From the NCBI GenBank assembly GCA_964568875.1, contig CAZMSH010000003.1:32761-96760 (forward strand): a stretch of 64,000 nt of DNA, written 5' to 3'. Shown in pieces: positions 49,549 through 59,631 of this stretch (position 1 is its first letter; every line of letters begins with the position of its first letter). Position numbers and translations under genes: made by a program. Below the pieces are notes generated by a model. That model did no database searches. It had not been told where the DNA came from and saw nothing but the letters and a program-made list of their open reading frames with translations. The stretch comes from an uncultured Rikenellaceae bacterium. Its GTDB lineage: Bacteria; Bacteroidota; Bacteroidia; Bacteroidales; VadinHA17.

Positions 49549-52230
49549 TCAGTTGATTTTCAGAATTACCCTTACTCCTGCGCTGCTGAAGCCGAAGTTA
49601 TCGAAACCCGCAAACACCCCGGCCTCACCCAGGAGGAATATTTCACTTATACTGTATCCAAACTCAAAATAGTGTTTTGTCTGCGGGGTGAGCAGGTACC
49701 TTGCATGCAGGTTTTCCCTCATCAGGGTGTTGCTTATCCCGGGAAGCAGTTTTACGAGTATATATGGATTGGTGTATCTCAGATGACCCTCAACAAACCA
49801 TTTATCTGTCGCAAGAGAATACCAGCCCGGCAGGAAGAAAGCATCACGGTAATCATTAAGCAGTAATGGCAGAGGCTGGGTGTTGAAATGAATAAAGTCG
49901 TTAAAGGTGACCGAATCTGAATAGATAAGTGTACCTGACCTGATTTTCCAGTATAGCTCAGCCATAGGCCCGGTGTCTTTTCTGTTATATGCAGATGCAA
50001 TAATACGGCTGAAGTTTCTGACCTCATCGCCAACATCATTGAATCCCTGCCGGTAGGAGAGTGTGAAAGTAGGATAATCTGATCCTGCAGGAAACTTCCT
50101 TCCATCTGATATCCTGTATCTCTGGAAAGGTATGATGGTAAGCTCTGCATCAAAATGGTAGCTGGTATGGCTGAATGGAACATATGCGGGATGGTTGACA
50201 GGGTCGACCAGATCATTCTCGGGCATGTTGGGTTTATAAATACTGTCACGCCTGAAAAAGGAGAATTCAGTATTGTTTGTGAGGGTGCTCCTCATCTCCC
50301 GTTTTAAAGAGACCTCGAGGTAAATGCCGTTAGATAACTCAGCCCTGTGACCAATACCGATGTATTGTGATCTGTAAAGGCGCATCAGGTTTTCTTTCAG
50401 CATGAGTGAGTAGACAGAGTTAATGAATCTGTTTGGCGCCCCGTAGTTATTGTATTCGGAAGACCTGTCTCCCGTACGCAGCCAGAAGTAGTCATTGGTA
50501 TTACTCCTGTAATTCCATGTAGTATTTAGTGACCAGTAGAACGACTCTCTGGAAAATGCATAACCTGTTTCGGGAAAAGCAGAAAACGAAGTTCCGTTTT
50601 TCCATCTCCTTGTGAACCTGAAATCGATATCATAGGTCAGACCGTCAACACTATTAAATGAGAAGTTGTCGGGTTTGGCTATACCTCCGTATGTGATTGA
50701 CAACCTGTTGCTGTCAAGCCTCCATGTCTTTCCTGCAAGGACACTTTGTAACGTTTTCATGAACGGTGTGCTTTTTCCTGCAGACAAGGTTACCGATATC
50801 TCATTCTGCCCTGGCTTAACTTCCTTAAGGGTATTGGTTTTCAGACTGTCGGAGAGCCGGAGGCTTCTTAGTTCGTTTTCAGCCAGCGGTATTGGTCTTA
50901 TCTCTTTCCAGAAGTCGGGACTTTTACTGGCGGCGTCTTCCTCAATAATGAACTGTGTGGTCTGCTTTATCTCCAGCTCTTTTTCACCTTTTTCTTCTTT
51001 CGACGAGGCAGATGCCGATTCCTTCTCCATCAGCCGTGAAAGCTTAATCATCTCACGGTTTGTAAGTTCCTGCTTTGCCAGCAGCTTTTCCATTTCCATT
51101 GCGGCCTTCGAGGGTGGTTCATCCGGCGCTGCAGTGTCAGGCTGGAGAGGCTGCACTGCTACTGGTGCAACAGAAGCCAGCGGCGCTGTGGTAGCAATTT
51201 CCGAGTATTTTACAGAACTGCCGTAGGTTGCTCTGCCCCGTATGCCAATCATACTGAAATCAACATCAAAATTGTGACTTACAGGCATCCAGAACTCATC
51301 CTGCACAGGTGTGTGCAGCTGTCTCACCCTTACCTTACCCAGCAGACTCTCATTTTCCAGATCAAGGCTGTGTATACACCACAGGTCTTCAACAATATAT
51401 AGTTCACCTGCAAAAACCTGCTGGCTTTTTCTTTTGGGTATTACCCTGATCTTATTAATCACATACTGTCCCTGTAAAGAAGAGCCTTCATAAGAGTATC
51501 TGTAGTGCGATAATGCATTCGGAGCCAGAGGTGAGATTGCCACGTCGATAATCACCGGCTCATAAAAACTGGCCTGAATATAATTCATTGGAGATATCTG
51601 ATCGCCTTCAGTGGGTATCGTGGTCTGTATCGCTATCAGCCTGTGTATGTATTTATCAGGCGCGTTGAACTCAATCTCGTTATGCGATTCATAGAGGTAT
51701 GTCTCACCTATTTTAATATCGACGTCGCTGTCTTTTTCCATTGCCCTTGTAAGAAGCCTCGGCATCTTGTCAATGATTGCTGTTCCCTTAAGGTAAACCA
51801 TTGCCCTGTAGTGTTCTACGGCATTGAGATAGTACGGGGCACGTGCAATTACTTTCCGCATTATTGCATATGCCGGGTCCTCCCGACCTGAGCTTACAGT
51901 CACCTCAGGCAACTGGAAATACTGTACTGTCAGAGATACATCTCTGACTACCGTTTCTCCGGCTATGGCAATCTGCCTGAAGTCCTGGTTATACCCCAGG
52001 CTCTGATAGAACACGGTATAGACCCCATCCTCCAGCTTTATCTCGTAATTGCCCATGGCATTGGCTGTGGTACCCATCTGCAGCTCCTGGATATATACTG
52101 TGGCATAGGGAACCGGATTACCTGAGGAGTCAGTGATTCTGCCCATTAATCTTGTCTGGCCAGATAGATTAAATGTGAATATCAATCCGGCAATAAGTAG
52201 TATCAGCCGGCAGCATTGTGACAGTCTCAT
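49549..52230 (-). CDS. Carboxypeptidase-regulatory-like domain protein of the DUF5686 type (large outer-membrane-associated protein, function unknown)
   Basis: Signal peptide. N-terminal CarboxypepD_reg-like beta-sandwich (GRITDSSGNPVPYATVYIQ...GNYEI). Long beta-rich C-terminal region. Internal low-complexity Ala/Pro/Glu/Lys insert. ATGA overlap with rsmI. Confidence 0.6.
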   Translation of the reverse strand: MRLSQCCRLILLIAGLIFTFNLSGQTRLMGRITDSSGNPVPYATVYIQELQMGTTANAMGNYEIKLEDGVYTVFYQSLGYNQDFRQIAIAGETVVRDVSLTVQYFQLPEVTVSSGREDPAYAIMRKVIARAPYYLNAVEHYRAMVYLKGTAIIDKMPRLLTRAMEKDSDVDIKIGETYLYESHNEIEFNAPDKYIHRLIAIQTTIPTEGDQISPMNYIQASFYEPVIIDVAISPLAPNALSHYRYSYEGSSLQGQYVINKIRVIPKRKSQQVFAGELYIVEDLWCIHSLDLENESLLGKVRVRQLHTPVQDEFWMPVSHNFDVDFSMIGIRGRATYGSSVKYSEIATTAPLASVAPVAVQPLQPDTAAPDEPPSKAAMEMEKLLAKQELTNREMIKLSRLMEKESASASSKEEKGEKELEIKQTTQFIIEEDAASKSPDFWKEIRPIPLAENELRSLRLSDSLKTNTLKEVKPGQNEISVTLSAGKSTPFMKTLQSVLAGKTWRLDSNRLSITYGGIAKPDNFSFNSVDGLTYDIDFRFTRRWKNGTSFSAFPETGYAFSRESFYWSLNTTWNYRSNTNDYFWLRTGDRSSEYNNYGAPNRFINSVYSLMLKENLMRLYRSQYIGIGHRAELSNGIYLEVSLKREMRSTLTNNTEFSFFRRDSIYKPNMPENDLVDPVNHPAYVPFSHTSYHFDAELTIIPFQRYRISDGRKFPAGSDYPTFTLSYRQGFNDVGDEVRNFSRIIASAYNRKDTGPMAELYWKIRSGTLIYSDSVTFNDFIHFNTQPLPLLLNDYRDAFFLPGWYSLATDKWFVEGHLRYTNPYILVKLLPGISNTLMRENLHARYLLTPQTKHYFEFGYSISEIFLLGEAGVFAGFDNFGFSSAGVRVILKIN

Positions 52231-52919
52231 ACCTTATCTCTTTTTTTTCCGGGTGCTCCGGCTACAACAATGACTATCTCACCCTTTGCCTGCCCCGGTG
52301 AGTAAAATTCATGCAGTGTGGCCAGGGTTCCCCTTACTGTCTCGGCATGAACCTTGGAGATCTCGCGCGAAACAGATGCCTCCCTGTCTGACCCGAATAC
52401 TTCCGACATCATCAGCAGGGTGCCGGCAAGACGGTAAGGAGATTCATAGAATACCATGGTGCGTGTTTCACCTGACAGTGAGCTTATCTTCTTCATTTTT
52501 CCCTTTTTCTGTGGCAGGAAGCCTTCGAAGCAGAACCTGTCGCACGGCAGACCCGAGTCAACCAACGCAGGAATAAGAGCTGTCGGCCCCGGCAGCGACT
52601 CCACCTCCAGCCCTTTATCAAGACATTTCCTGACCAGCAGGTATCCCGGATCCGATATGCCCGGTGTCCCGGCATCAGAGATCAGCGAAACAGTCTTCCC
52701 TTCGCCTATCATCTCTGCAATACTCTCAACGCTGCCGTGTTCGTTGAATTTATGGTGCGACCAGAGCCGCGCCTTAATATTGTAATGCTTCAGCAGTATG
52801 CCGCTCTGCCTGGTATCTTCTGCAAGAATAATATCAGAGGAACCAAGGACATCAAGAGCCCTGAGGGTTATATCGCGCAGGTTGCCGACAGGTGTCGGAA
52901 CAAGGAACAATTTACCCAT
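52227..52919 (-). CDS. rsmI: 16S rRNA (cytidine1402-2'-O)-methyltransferase
   Basis: LFLVPTPVGNLRDITLRALDVL, AEDTR, SDAGTPGISDPG and FEGFLP motifs. Confidence 0.9.
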   Translation of the reverse strand: MGKLFLVPTPVGNLRDITLRALDVLGSSDIILAEDTRQSGILLKHYNIKARLWSHHKFNEHGSVESIAEMIGEGKTVSLISDAGTPGISDPGYLLVRKCLDKGLEVESLPGPTALIPALVDSGLPCDRFCFEGFLPQKKGKMKKISSLSGETRTMVFYESPYRLAGTLLMMSEVFGSDREASVSREISKVHAETVRGTLATLHEFYSPGQAKGEIVIVVAGAPGKKRDKV

Positions 52920-53781
52920 TAAAGCCTGTTTTGCGTCTTACCAGGTCGAGGAGCGATCTTACAGCAGCAGGGTCACCCTCACCTGAAAAGTAGTCATTTA
53001 GTACCTGCTCAGCCTCATCAGATGATGTTGCTGAGTTGAGCTTATCAATAGCTGAATTGTAGGCTTCCTTGTTGCCACCGAAGACCTCCCTGATATAGAA
53101 GAACCTGTCGTTGATGCCTATTGCATCAGCAAGGTTCCCGATAGGCGCCTGACTGAGTTTCGACGAAATATCGTTATCTCCTCTCGTTCCCCTGAGCCTT
53201 TCATTGACGCGGTCAGCAGGTTCTCCATACCTGTCTGCCAGGATAGGTACACCCTTGACACTCTTCTTTTCAACATCCTTCTGTTCGGCATTCTTCTGTT
53301 CGGCATCGGGAGATTTTTTGGTTTCGGCTTTTTTGTCAGTGTCAGCAACGGCTTCATCCTGTAAGACAGCCTCTTCGGGTTCAGCCTCCAGTTCGATAAG
53401 TGATTCAGCTTTTGTTTTTTCAGTGGTGTCTCCTGATGTCAAAGCCTCTTTTCCTTTATAATCAGCATCTGGTCTTTCTGCCGGTGCTGAGACTTCCGCT
53501 GCCGGTATTTCTGCCGGTGCTGAGACTTCCGTTGCTGATCTGTCTGACACTGATCTGTCTGACAATTCAGGGCCCTGATCCGGAGTCGCAGATACAGCAT
53601 TAATCCCCGGCTGCTCTATCGTTTTCAGAAGCTCAATTATCTCTTCAGCATTTTTGCATTTTGACTTGGCAAGTTCAACCTGAATTATGGAGACTCCCTT
53701 CACATTTTTCAAATCATCAATTATCGTCCGCGCCTCCCTGAGGTCTCTGATAATAATATCAAGAGCTGAATTTAAATCCAT
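52912..53781 (-). CDS. Hypothetical protein with an acidic, tandem-repeat central linker
   Basis: Helical N-terminal roughly 60 aa. In-frame repeats AEVSAPAEIPA/AEVSAPAERPD, SDRSV/SDRSA and AEQKN/AEQKD. Conserved-looking C-terminal domain (GINDRFFYIREVFGGNKEAY...). 8-nt overlap with rsmI. Confidence 0.45.
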   Translation of the reverse strand: MDLNSALDIIIRDLREARTIIDDLKNVKGVSIIQVELAKSKCKNAEEIIELLKTIEQPGINAVSATPDQGPELSDRSVSDRSATEVSAPAEIPAAEVSAPAERPDADYKGKEALTSGDTTEKTKAESLIELEAEPEEAVLQDEAVADTDKKAETKKSPDAEQKNAEQKDVEKKSVKGVPILADRYGEPADRVNERLRGTRGDNDISSKLSQAPIGNLADAIGINDRFFYIREVFGGNKEAYNSAIDKLNSATSSDEAEQVLNDYFSGEGDPAAVRSLLDLVRRKTGFNG

Positions 53782-53889
53782 AAGTGGTACTGTTTTTTAC
53801 CGTCTCTTTTGTTTACTTTGCAAAAGTAACCATTATTCTCAACGGATAGTGCAGGTTAATATTATAACTACAGCGACCACCCACACAAT

Positions 53890-54489
53890 ATGATCATATT
53901 CTCAGAGGAGACACCGGAGGAGAGGAGACCCGGAAGGGGATCGATAGAGGTTATTGCCGGGTCGATGTTCTCGGGTAAGACGGAAGAGCTGATGAGAAGG
54001 CTCAGAAGAGCCCTCTTTGCAGGTCAGAAGGTGGAGATATTCAAGCCCTCCGTCGATGTCAGATACTCAGAGACCCGAATCGTTTCTCACGACGAAAAGT
54101 CGGTCAGTTCGACACCGGTAGAGAACGCCTCCTCAATTCTGCTGCTTGCCGGCGAGGCTGATGTTGTCGGTATTGACGAGGCCCAGTTTTTTGATGACTC
54201 AATAATAGAGGTGTCTAACGAATTGGCAGACAGGGGTGTAAGGGTGGTAATTGCCGGCCTCGACATGGACTTTAACGGAACCCCCTTCGGTCCTATGCCA
54301 CGCCTCATGGCCATAGCCGAGTATGTTACCAAGGTGCACGCAATATGTGTCAGGTGCGGCAGCCTGGCTCACTATTCACACAGGAAATCAAAGGAGGAGA
54401 AGATCGTACTTTTAGGAGAGAAGGATGTATATGAGCCTCTTTGCAGGAATTGCTTTCTGAAAGGCAGGACAGAACCCAGAAGATATTGA
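53890..54489 (+). CDS. tdk: Thymidine kinase
   Basis: P-loop [18 protein letters not shown], and zinc-ribbon Cys pairs (CVRCG...CRNC). Confidence 0.92.
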   Translation: MIIFSEETPEERRPGRGSIEVIAGSMFSGKTEELMRRLRRALFAGQKVEIFKPSVDVRYSETRIVSHDEKSVSSTPVENASSILLLAGEADVVGIDEAQFFDDSIIEVSNELADRGVRVVIAGLDMDFNGTPFGPMPRLMAIAEYVTKVHAICVRCGSLAHYSHRKSKEEKIVLLGEKDVYEPLCRNCFLKGRTEPRRY

Positions 54490-54497
54490 TATAAGTT

Positions 54498-56996
54498 ATG
54501 ATTACATCAGATGTTGCCAGGCTTACGGGAGGCCGGCTGAGCGGTCGGGCAGACAATTTGGTAAAGGGTGTCTTCATTGACAGCAGGTCAGTGACATCTG
54601 ACAGCGAATCGCTCTTTTTTGCAATACGTGGTAAAACAAATGACGGTCATGATTATATCGGACAGTTGATAGCAAAAGGGATTAAGTCATTCGTAGCAGA
54701 GTATATACCCGCAACGGTTAAAGATGCTGCAGGATGTTCATTCATTATAGTACCCGACAGCCTGAAAGCATTGCAGAGGCTTGCATCGGCAAGGCGTGAC
54801 ACTTTTAAAGGACAGGTAATTGCCGTTACGGGAAGTGCCGGAAAGACAATCGTAAAAGAGTGGCTTTATGAAATCATGAGCCGCGAAAGAGATGTGGTGA
54901 GGAGCCCGAGAAGCTACAATAGCATCACCGGCGTTCCCCTTTCTGTATGGAATGCTGACGACAGCTATGATACCGCCATATTCGAGGCCGGGGCCTCACA
55001 GCCCGGAACAATGCAGGTGCTTCAGGAAATTATCAGGCCACATATATGCGTAATAACCAATATAGGTGAGGCGCACCAGGACAGATACGGTAGTTTCAGA
55101 GAGAAGATTAAGGAAAAGCTTCTGCTTGCATCCGGATCAGATATTATTGTATACCCTGCTGCATGCAGTGACCTTCATGAAGAGGTAAAGAAGATAGCAG
55201 AGATAAGGAAGGTAAAGAGTGGATCATGGATTCTTTCAGGAGACACTTTCAGTAAGAGAAATGCCGGTTCCAAAGCGGAATCTCAGGCACGTTTCAGGGC
55301 TTCAGTTAAGAATAGGAGCGATGGTTCCTCGGAAATAGAGATAGGTTTTGAGGAGGGGGTTTTCAAATATACCATACCATTTAATGACCGCGCATCGGTT
55401 GAAAACTCAGTGACTGTAGCCGTCACTTCTGTTCTTGCAGGCATACCGGAAGGGAGTATTGCTGAGGGTATGAAACGCCTGCAGCCCGTTGCAATGAGGA
55501 TGGCTGTCAGGAGCGGTATCAATAACTGCACCCTGATAGAAGATCTCTTTAATTCCGATACCGTCTCACTGAAAATGGCAATAGATTTTCTGAAAAACCA
55601 CCCCGGAGAAAAACACACTGTGATATTGTCAGACATAACAGATGCCGGAAGAGATCAAAGAGAGATTGCCGGGGAGGTGGCCGGAATCCTGAAGAGGGCA
55701 AACGTTTCACGCTTTATAGGTATCGGACCCGGCCTTGCAGCTAACAGTGAATTATTTTCCGGTGCTTCTCAGTTCTACAATACAACCTCAGAATTTGCTG
55801 ATGCTTTTACGCTACTTGAGTTTTCTGATGAAGTAATACTTATAAAAGGGGCAGCCTCGTTCGGCTTCGACAGTATAGTAACGTTGCTGGAACTTAAGAA
55901 ACATACTACCGTACTCGAAGTAAATCTTGACGCGATACTCCACAATGTAAGGCGGGTGCGATCGATGCTGAAACCGGGGGTCAGGCTTATGGGTATGGTA
56001 AAGGCATTTGCTTATGGATCAGGTATCTCTGAGATAGGCACTCTGCTGGAACGCAATGGCGTTGATTACCTTGGCGTTGCCAATGCCGACGAGGGAGCTG
56101 AACTGAGGCAGGCCGGAATAACGGCACCTGTACTGGTTATGATACCCGATGAGTCATCATATGATACAATTATCAGGTACAACCTCGAGCCTGAGTTGTA
56201 CAGCTTCAGGGTACTGGAAGGATTTATACGTGTAGCCGCCAGATACGGCCTTACGGAGTGGCCGGTACATATCAAACTCGACACCGGAATGCACAGACTG
56301 GGGTTCCAGCCTGAAGATGCGGAAAGACTTTCAGGAATACTGAAGAAGACAGACAGTGTCAGAGTGGCCACTGTTTTTACCCATCTTGCTGCAACAGAGT
56401 CGGAAGCTGATGATTTCAGGACAAAGAAACAGGCATCAGTTTTTGAATCGGTTTATGAATCGCTTGTTGCTGCGATTGGTTATCACCCTGTAAGGCACAT
56501 GCTTAACAGCTCGGGCATACTCAGGTTTCCTGAATTGCAGTTCGATATGGTGAGACTTGGGATTGGGCTGTACGGACTTGCCTCCGTTGATGATATGCAA
56601 ATGAGACATACCTCAAGGTTTATATCAGCTATCTCACAGATCAAAGCTGTAAAAGCCGGTGAGCCGGTAGGTTATGGATATACAGATGCTGCCGGCCACG
56701 ACAGGCTGATAGCAACCATCCCGGTAGGATATGCCGACGGCCTGAGCAGGCAGATGGGTAATGGCAGGGGGTCGGTATGGATAGATGGTAAGAAAGTACC
56801 TATCGTCGGTATAATATGCATGGACATGTTCATGGCAGATGTGTCAGACACCAATGCAGCAGAGGGAGACCCGGTAGAAATATTCGGTGATAATATTTCA
56901 GTACGTGAGGTGGCAAAGATTTGCAATACAATTCCGTACGAGATAATAACCTCAATCCCACCCCGCGTCAGGAGGGTGTTTTACCATGAAAGCTGA
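54498..56996 (+). CDS. Bifunctional UDP-MurNAc-tripeptide--D-Ala-D-Ala ligase (MurF-like) / alanine racemase fusion
   Basis: The N-terminal roughly 460 aa has a Mur ligase P-loop (VTGSAGKT). The C-terminal roughly 370 aa is an alanine racemase (PLP-lysine region GMVKAFAYGSG, then PVGYG..Y, then ICMD). Confidence 0.85.
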   Translation: MITSDVARLTGGRLSGRADNLVKGVFIDSRSVTSDSESLFFAIRGKTNDGHDYIGQLIAKGIKSFVAEYIPATVKDAAGCSFIIVPDSLKALQRLASARRDTFKGQVIAVTGSAGKTIVKEWLYEIMSRERDVVRSPRSYNSITGVPLSVWNADDSYDTAIFEAGASQPGTMQVLQEIIRPHICVITNIGEAHQDRYGSFREKIKEKLLLASGSDIIVYPAACSDLHEEVKKIAEIRKVKSGSWILSGDTFSKRNAGSKAESQARFRASVKNRSDGSSEIEIGFEEGVFKYTIPFNDRASVENSVTVAVTSVLAGIPEGSIAEGMKRLQPVAMRMAVRSGINNCTLIEDLFNSDTVSLKMAIDFLKNHPGEKHTVILSDITDAGRDQREIAGEVAGILKRANVSRFIGIGPGLAANSELFSGASQFYNTTSEFADAFTLLEFSDEVILIKGAASFGFDSIVTLLELKKHTTVLEVNLDAILHNVRRVRSMLKPGVRLMGMVKAFAYGSGISEIGTLLERNGVDYLGVANADEGAELRQAGITAPVLVMIPDESSYDTIIRYNLEPELYSFRVLEGFIRVAARYGLTEWPVHIKLDTGMHRLGFQPEDAERLSGILKKTDSVRVATVFTHLAATESEADDFRTKKQASVFESVYESLVAAIGYHPVRHMLNSSGILRFPELQFDMVRLGIGLYGLASVDDMQMRHTSRFISAISQIKAVKAGEPVGYGYTDAAGHDRLIATIPVGYADGLSRQMGNGRGSVWIDGKKVPIVGIICMDMFMADVSDTNAAEGDPVEIFGDNISVREVAKICNTIPYEIITSIPPRVRRVFYHES

Positions 56997-57002
56997 AACT
57001 GA

Positions 57003-57704
57003 CTAGCCCAGTTCGCTGATACGTTCGAGCCTTGAGGAATCGAGGATCTTTATCTTCCTGCCTTCAAGAGCTATGACGTCTTCAGAGGCAAATACCGACA
57101 GAGTACGGATAGCATTAGACGTGGTCATGTTCGACAGATTGGCAATATCTTCCCTTGAGAGATATACCTTTATTGTCAGTCCGTCGTTTTCAAGACCGTA
57201 GGTGTCGCGCAGAACAAGAAGAGATTCAGCAAGCCTTCCCCTGATGTGCTTCTGGGTGAGAGAAACTGTCCTGTTGTTCGAAAATTCCAGCTCTTTGGCT
57301 ATTATTTTAATAAACCTCAGCGCCAGATCGGGATTCTTTCTGATGATTTTCATTATCGCATCCTGTTCGAACATACAGATGGTAGTATCTTCAATGGCTA
57401 TTGCCGTGGCGGAGTAGGAAGAATCTGCGAACAGGGCACGGTAGCCGATAAGGCCCTGCGGACTAACCATCCTCAGAATCTGATCTCTTCCTCCAACACC
57501 CTCCTTGTAGACTTTAACCTTTCCCGTAGCCAGGCAAATAAGTCCATGAGGTCTCTCGCCCTCCATGAAAATAATTTCCCCTTTCCTGTAATGCGCGTAA
57601 GTGTGATGCTGTACCAGTACCTCCTTCTCCTTAATGGTTAAACCCTTAAGCATTGAGCAGGAACCTTCCAGGCATTGTTCTACGTACGGATTCTTATACT
57701 GCAT
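57003..57704 (-). CDS. Crp/Fnr-family transcriptional regulator
   Basis: cNMP-binding-like beta-roll (GEIIFMEGERPHGLICLATGKVKVY) and a C-terminal HTH (REDIANLSNMTTSNAIRTL). Confidence 0.82.
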   Translation of the reverse strand: MQYKNPYVEQCLEGSCSMLKGLTIKEKEVLVQHHTYAHYRKGEIIFMEGERPHGLICLATGKVKVYKEGVGGRDQILRMVSPQGLIGYRALFADSSYSATAIAIEDTTICMFEQDAIMKIIRKNPDLALRFIKIIAKELEFSNNRTVSLTQKHIRGRLAESLLVLRDTYGLENDGLTIKVYLSREDIANLSNMTTSNAIRTLSVFASEDVIALEGRKIKILDSSRLERISELG

Positions 57705-57955
57705 GGCTTAAACTATGTTGAATAACATAGACAAAGTTACAAAAAGATTGATATAATCGTAAAATTAACATTTTTTAACATACTCAGTTTCAGTTAGTTG
57801 TAAGGTTCACGACAACAGATTTTTACTAATATGTTATTGAGCATGAAATGTTGCTGTGAGCATGATATTTGTCATTACCTGCTTGTTCGCAACAGCGATT
57901 TCTGCAACATAATGGTAATAATTCCTGTATCCGGGCAGGAGTTGGGATTTGAATT

Positions 57956-59614
57956 TCAAAAGGTGAAACCTGAGATCAGCGGTATCCTTCTGCCGCTACC
58001 GAATGCTTTTGAAGATACTCTTACAGATGGTGGGGCCTGATATCTTTTGTATTCATTACTATTTACCATTTTGACGACTCTTTTCACTGTTTCTTCCCCG
58101 AATCCTTCTTCTATTATTGTTTGCGGGTCTCTCAGCAACTCGATATATCTGAACAGTATTTCGTCGAGTATTTCGTAAGGGGGAAGCGTGTCGGTATCTT
58201 TCTGACCTGCTTTAAGTTCAGCAGAAGGTGGTTTTGTAATTGAGTTTTCGGGTATTATCTCTTTATCATTATTAATATAGCGTGCGATTCTGTAGACATC
58301 GGTTTTGTAGATGTCACCGAGAGGTGAGATTGCCCCGGCCATGTCTCCGTAGAGTGTTCCGTATCCGGTTGCGGCTTCGCTCTTGTTTGAAGTATTCAGT
58401 ACCAGATATCCGAATTTATTGGAATATGCCATTAGCAGAACAGCTCTTATCCGAGCCTGAATGTTCTCTTCCGTAGTATCGCCTGTGGTTCCTTCGAAGA
58501 GAGGTTTGAGGGCTTCCTCGAAACCCAGATGGGGCTTCTCAATCTCTATCTTTTCCCATTTAATGCCGAGGTTTTCTGCCAGCCTTACAGCGTCAGAAAA
58601 TGAGTGCTCTGAGGAGTACCTTGACGGCATCATCAGTCCGGTTACATTTTCGCTGCCAATTGCTCTTACTGCGAGTGCGGCGCATACAGCTGAGTCGATA
58701 CCGCCTGACAGGCCAAGCAGTACTTTTTTCTGACCGGTTTTGAGGAGATAGTCACGCAGGCCTGTAATTACAGCATCATGAATTAGTTCTGCCTTGCCTG
58801 GTACAGGAGAAATTTCACTCTTTTGTATACTCTCTATCTCATCAGTGCAGATTGTGAGCGATGCTTCGGTGAAAAAAGGAAGACGGGCTTTGATATTTCC
58901 CTGATTGTCTATTACCAGCGAGGCTCCGTCGAATACAAGGTCGGTATTTGCACCTGTCTGGTTAACCATTATTACAGGCTTCCTGTATCTGGCTGCTTTA
59001 CTTTTGAATATTTCTTCTTTAACTGCAAGCCGGTTATGGGCGAACGGTGCTGCTGAAATATTTATTACCAGATCGGGATTGAGGTGGCTGAGCTCTTCCA
59101 TCGGTGATATTCTGTAAAGGCTGACATCACCTTTTTTATGGTTAAATGGTTGCTCGTCCCACAGATCCTCACAGATGGTTAAGGCAATCTTTCTGTCCTT
59201 ATAGCTTACTGTCCTGAACGTGTCACAAGGTTCGAAGTAACGGTACTCGTCAAAAACGTCGTAGGTAGGCAGGAGTGCTTTGCTGATAATGTCAGTGACT
59301 TTACCGTCAGCCAGAAAGAGTGCCGAATTATACAGCCTTTTCCCTTTTGGGTTATTGTTTCTGGTAGGGGCTCCCACAATTGCTGCTATCGATTGACATT
59401 CAACGGCTATTATGTTGACAGCCTCTTCTGTAAGCTTCAGGAATTTTTGTGATTCCAGCAGATCCATTGGAGGATAGCCGGTGACACTGAGTTCGGGAAA
59501 GACTACCAGATCAGAACCTTCAGATGCCGCCTTCCTGATTGCGTCGCATATCTTCTGGCAATTGTAGCTGATATTACCGGGGTGCGGGTTTATTTGCGCG
59601 AGGGTTATCTTCAT
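57956..59614 (-). CDS. nadE: Glutamine-dependent NAD+ synthetase
   Basis: N-terminal CN-hydrolase domain (VFPELSVTGY, ICEDLW) and a C-terminal NAD synthetase domain with the PP-loop GLSGGIDS. Confidence 0.92.
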   Translation of the reverse strand: MKITLAQINPHPGNISYNCQKICDAIRKAASEGSDLVVFPELSVTGYPPMDLLESQKFLKLTEEAVNIIAVECQSIAAIVGAPTRNNNPKGKRLYNSALFLADGKVTDIISKALLPTYDVFDEYRYFEPCDTFRTVSYKDRKIALTICEDLWDEQPFNHKKGDVSLYRISPMEELSHLNPDLVINISAAPFAHNRLAVKEEIFKSKAARYRKPVIMVNQTGANTDLVFDGASLVIDNQGNIKARLPFFTEASLTICTDEIESIQKSEISPVPGKAELIHDAVITGLRDYLLKTGQKKVLLGLSGGIDSAVCAALAVRAIGSENVTGLMMPSRYSSEHSFSDAVRLAENLGIKWEKIEIEKPHLGFEEALKPLFEGTTGDTTEENIQARIRAVLLMAYSNKFGYLVLNTSNKSEAATGYGTLYGDMAGAISPLGDIYKTDVYRIARYINNDKEIIPENSITKPPSAELKAGQKDTDTLPPYEILDEILFRYIELLRDPQTIIEEGFGEETVKRVVKMVNSNEYKRYQAPPSVRVSSKAFGSGRRIPLISGFTF

Positions 59615-59631
59615 AATCGTTTGTTTACAGA

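Noticed and set aside
57705-57955. Crp/Fnr autoregulatory box upstream of the Crp-family gene (TTGATATAATCGTAA near 57748)
   Set aside because: Only one half-site (TTGAT) matches the TTGAT-N4-ATCAA consensus. The second half is degenerate, and this is not distinguishable from chance in AT-rich DNA.
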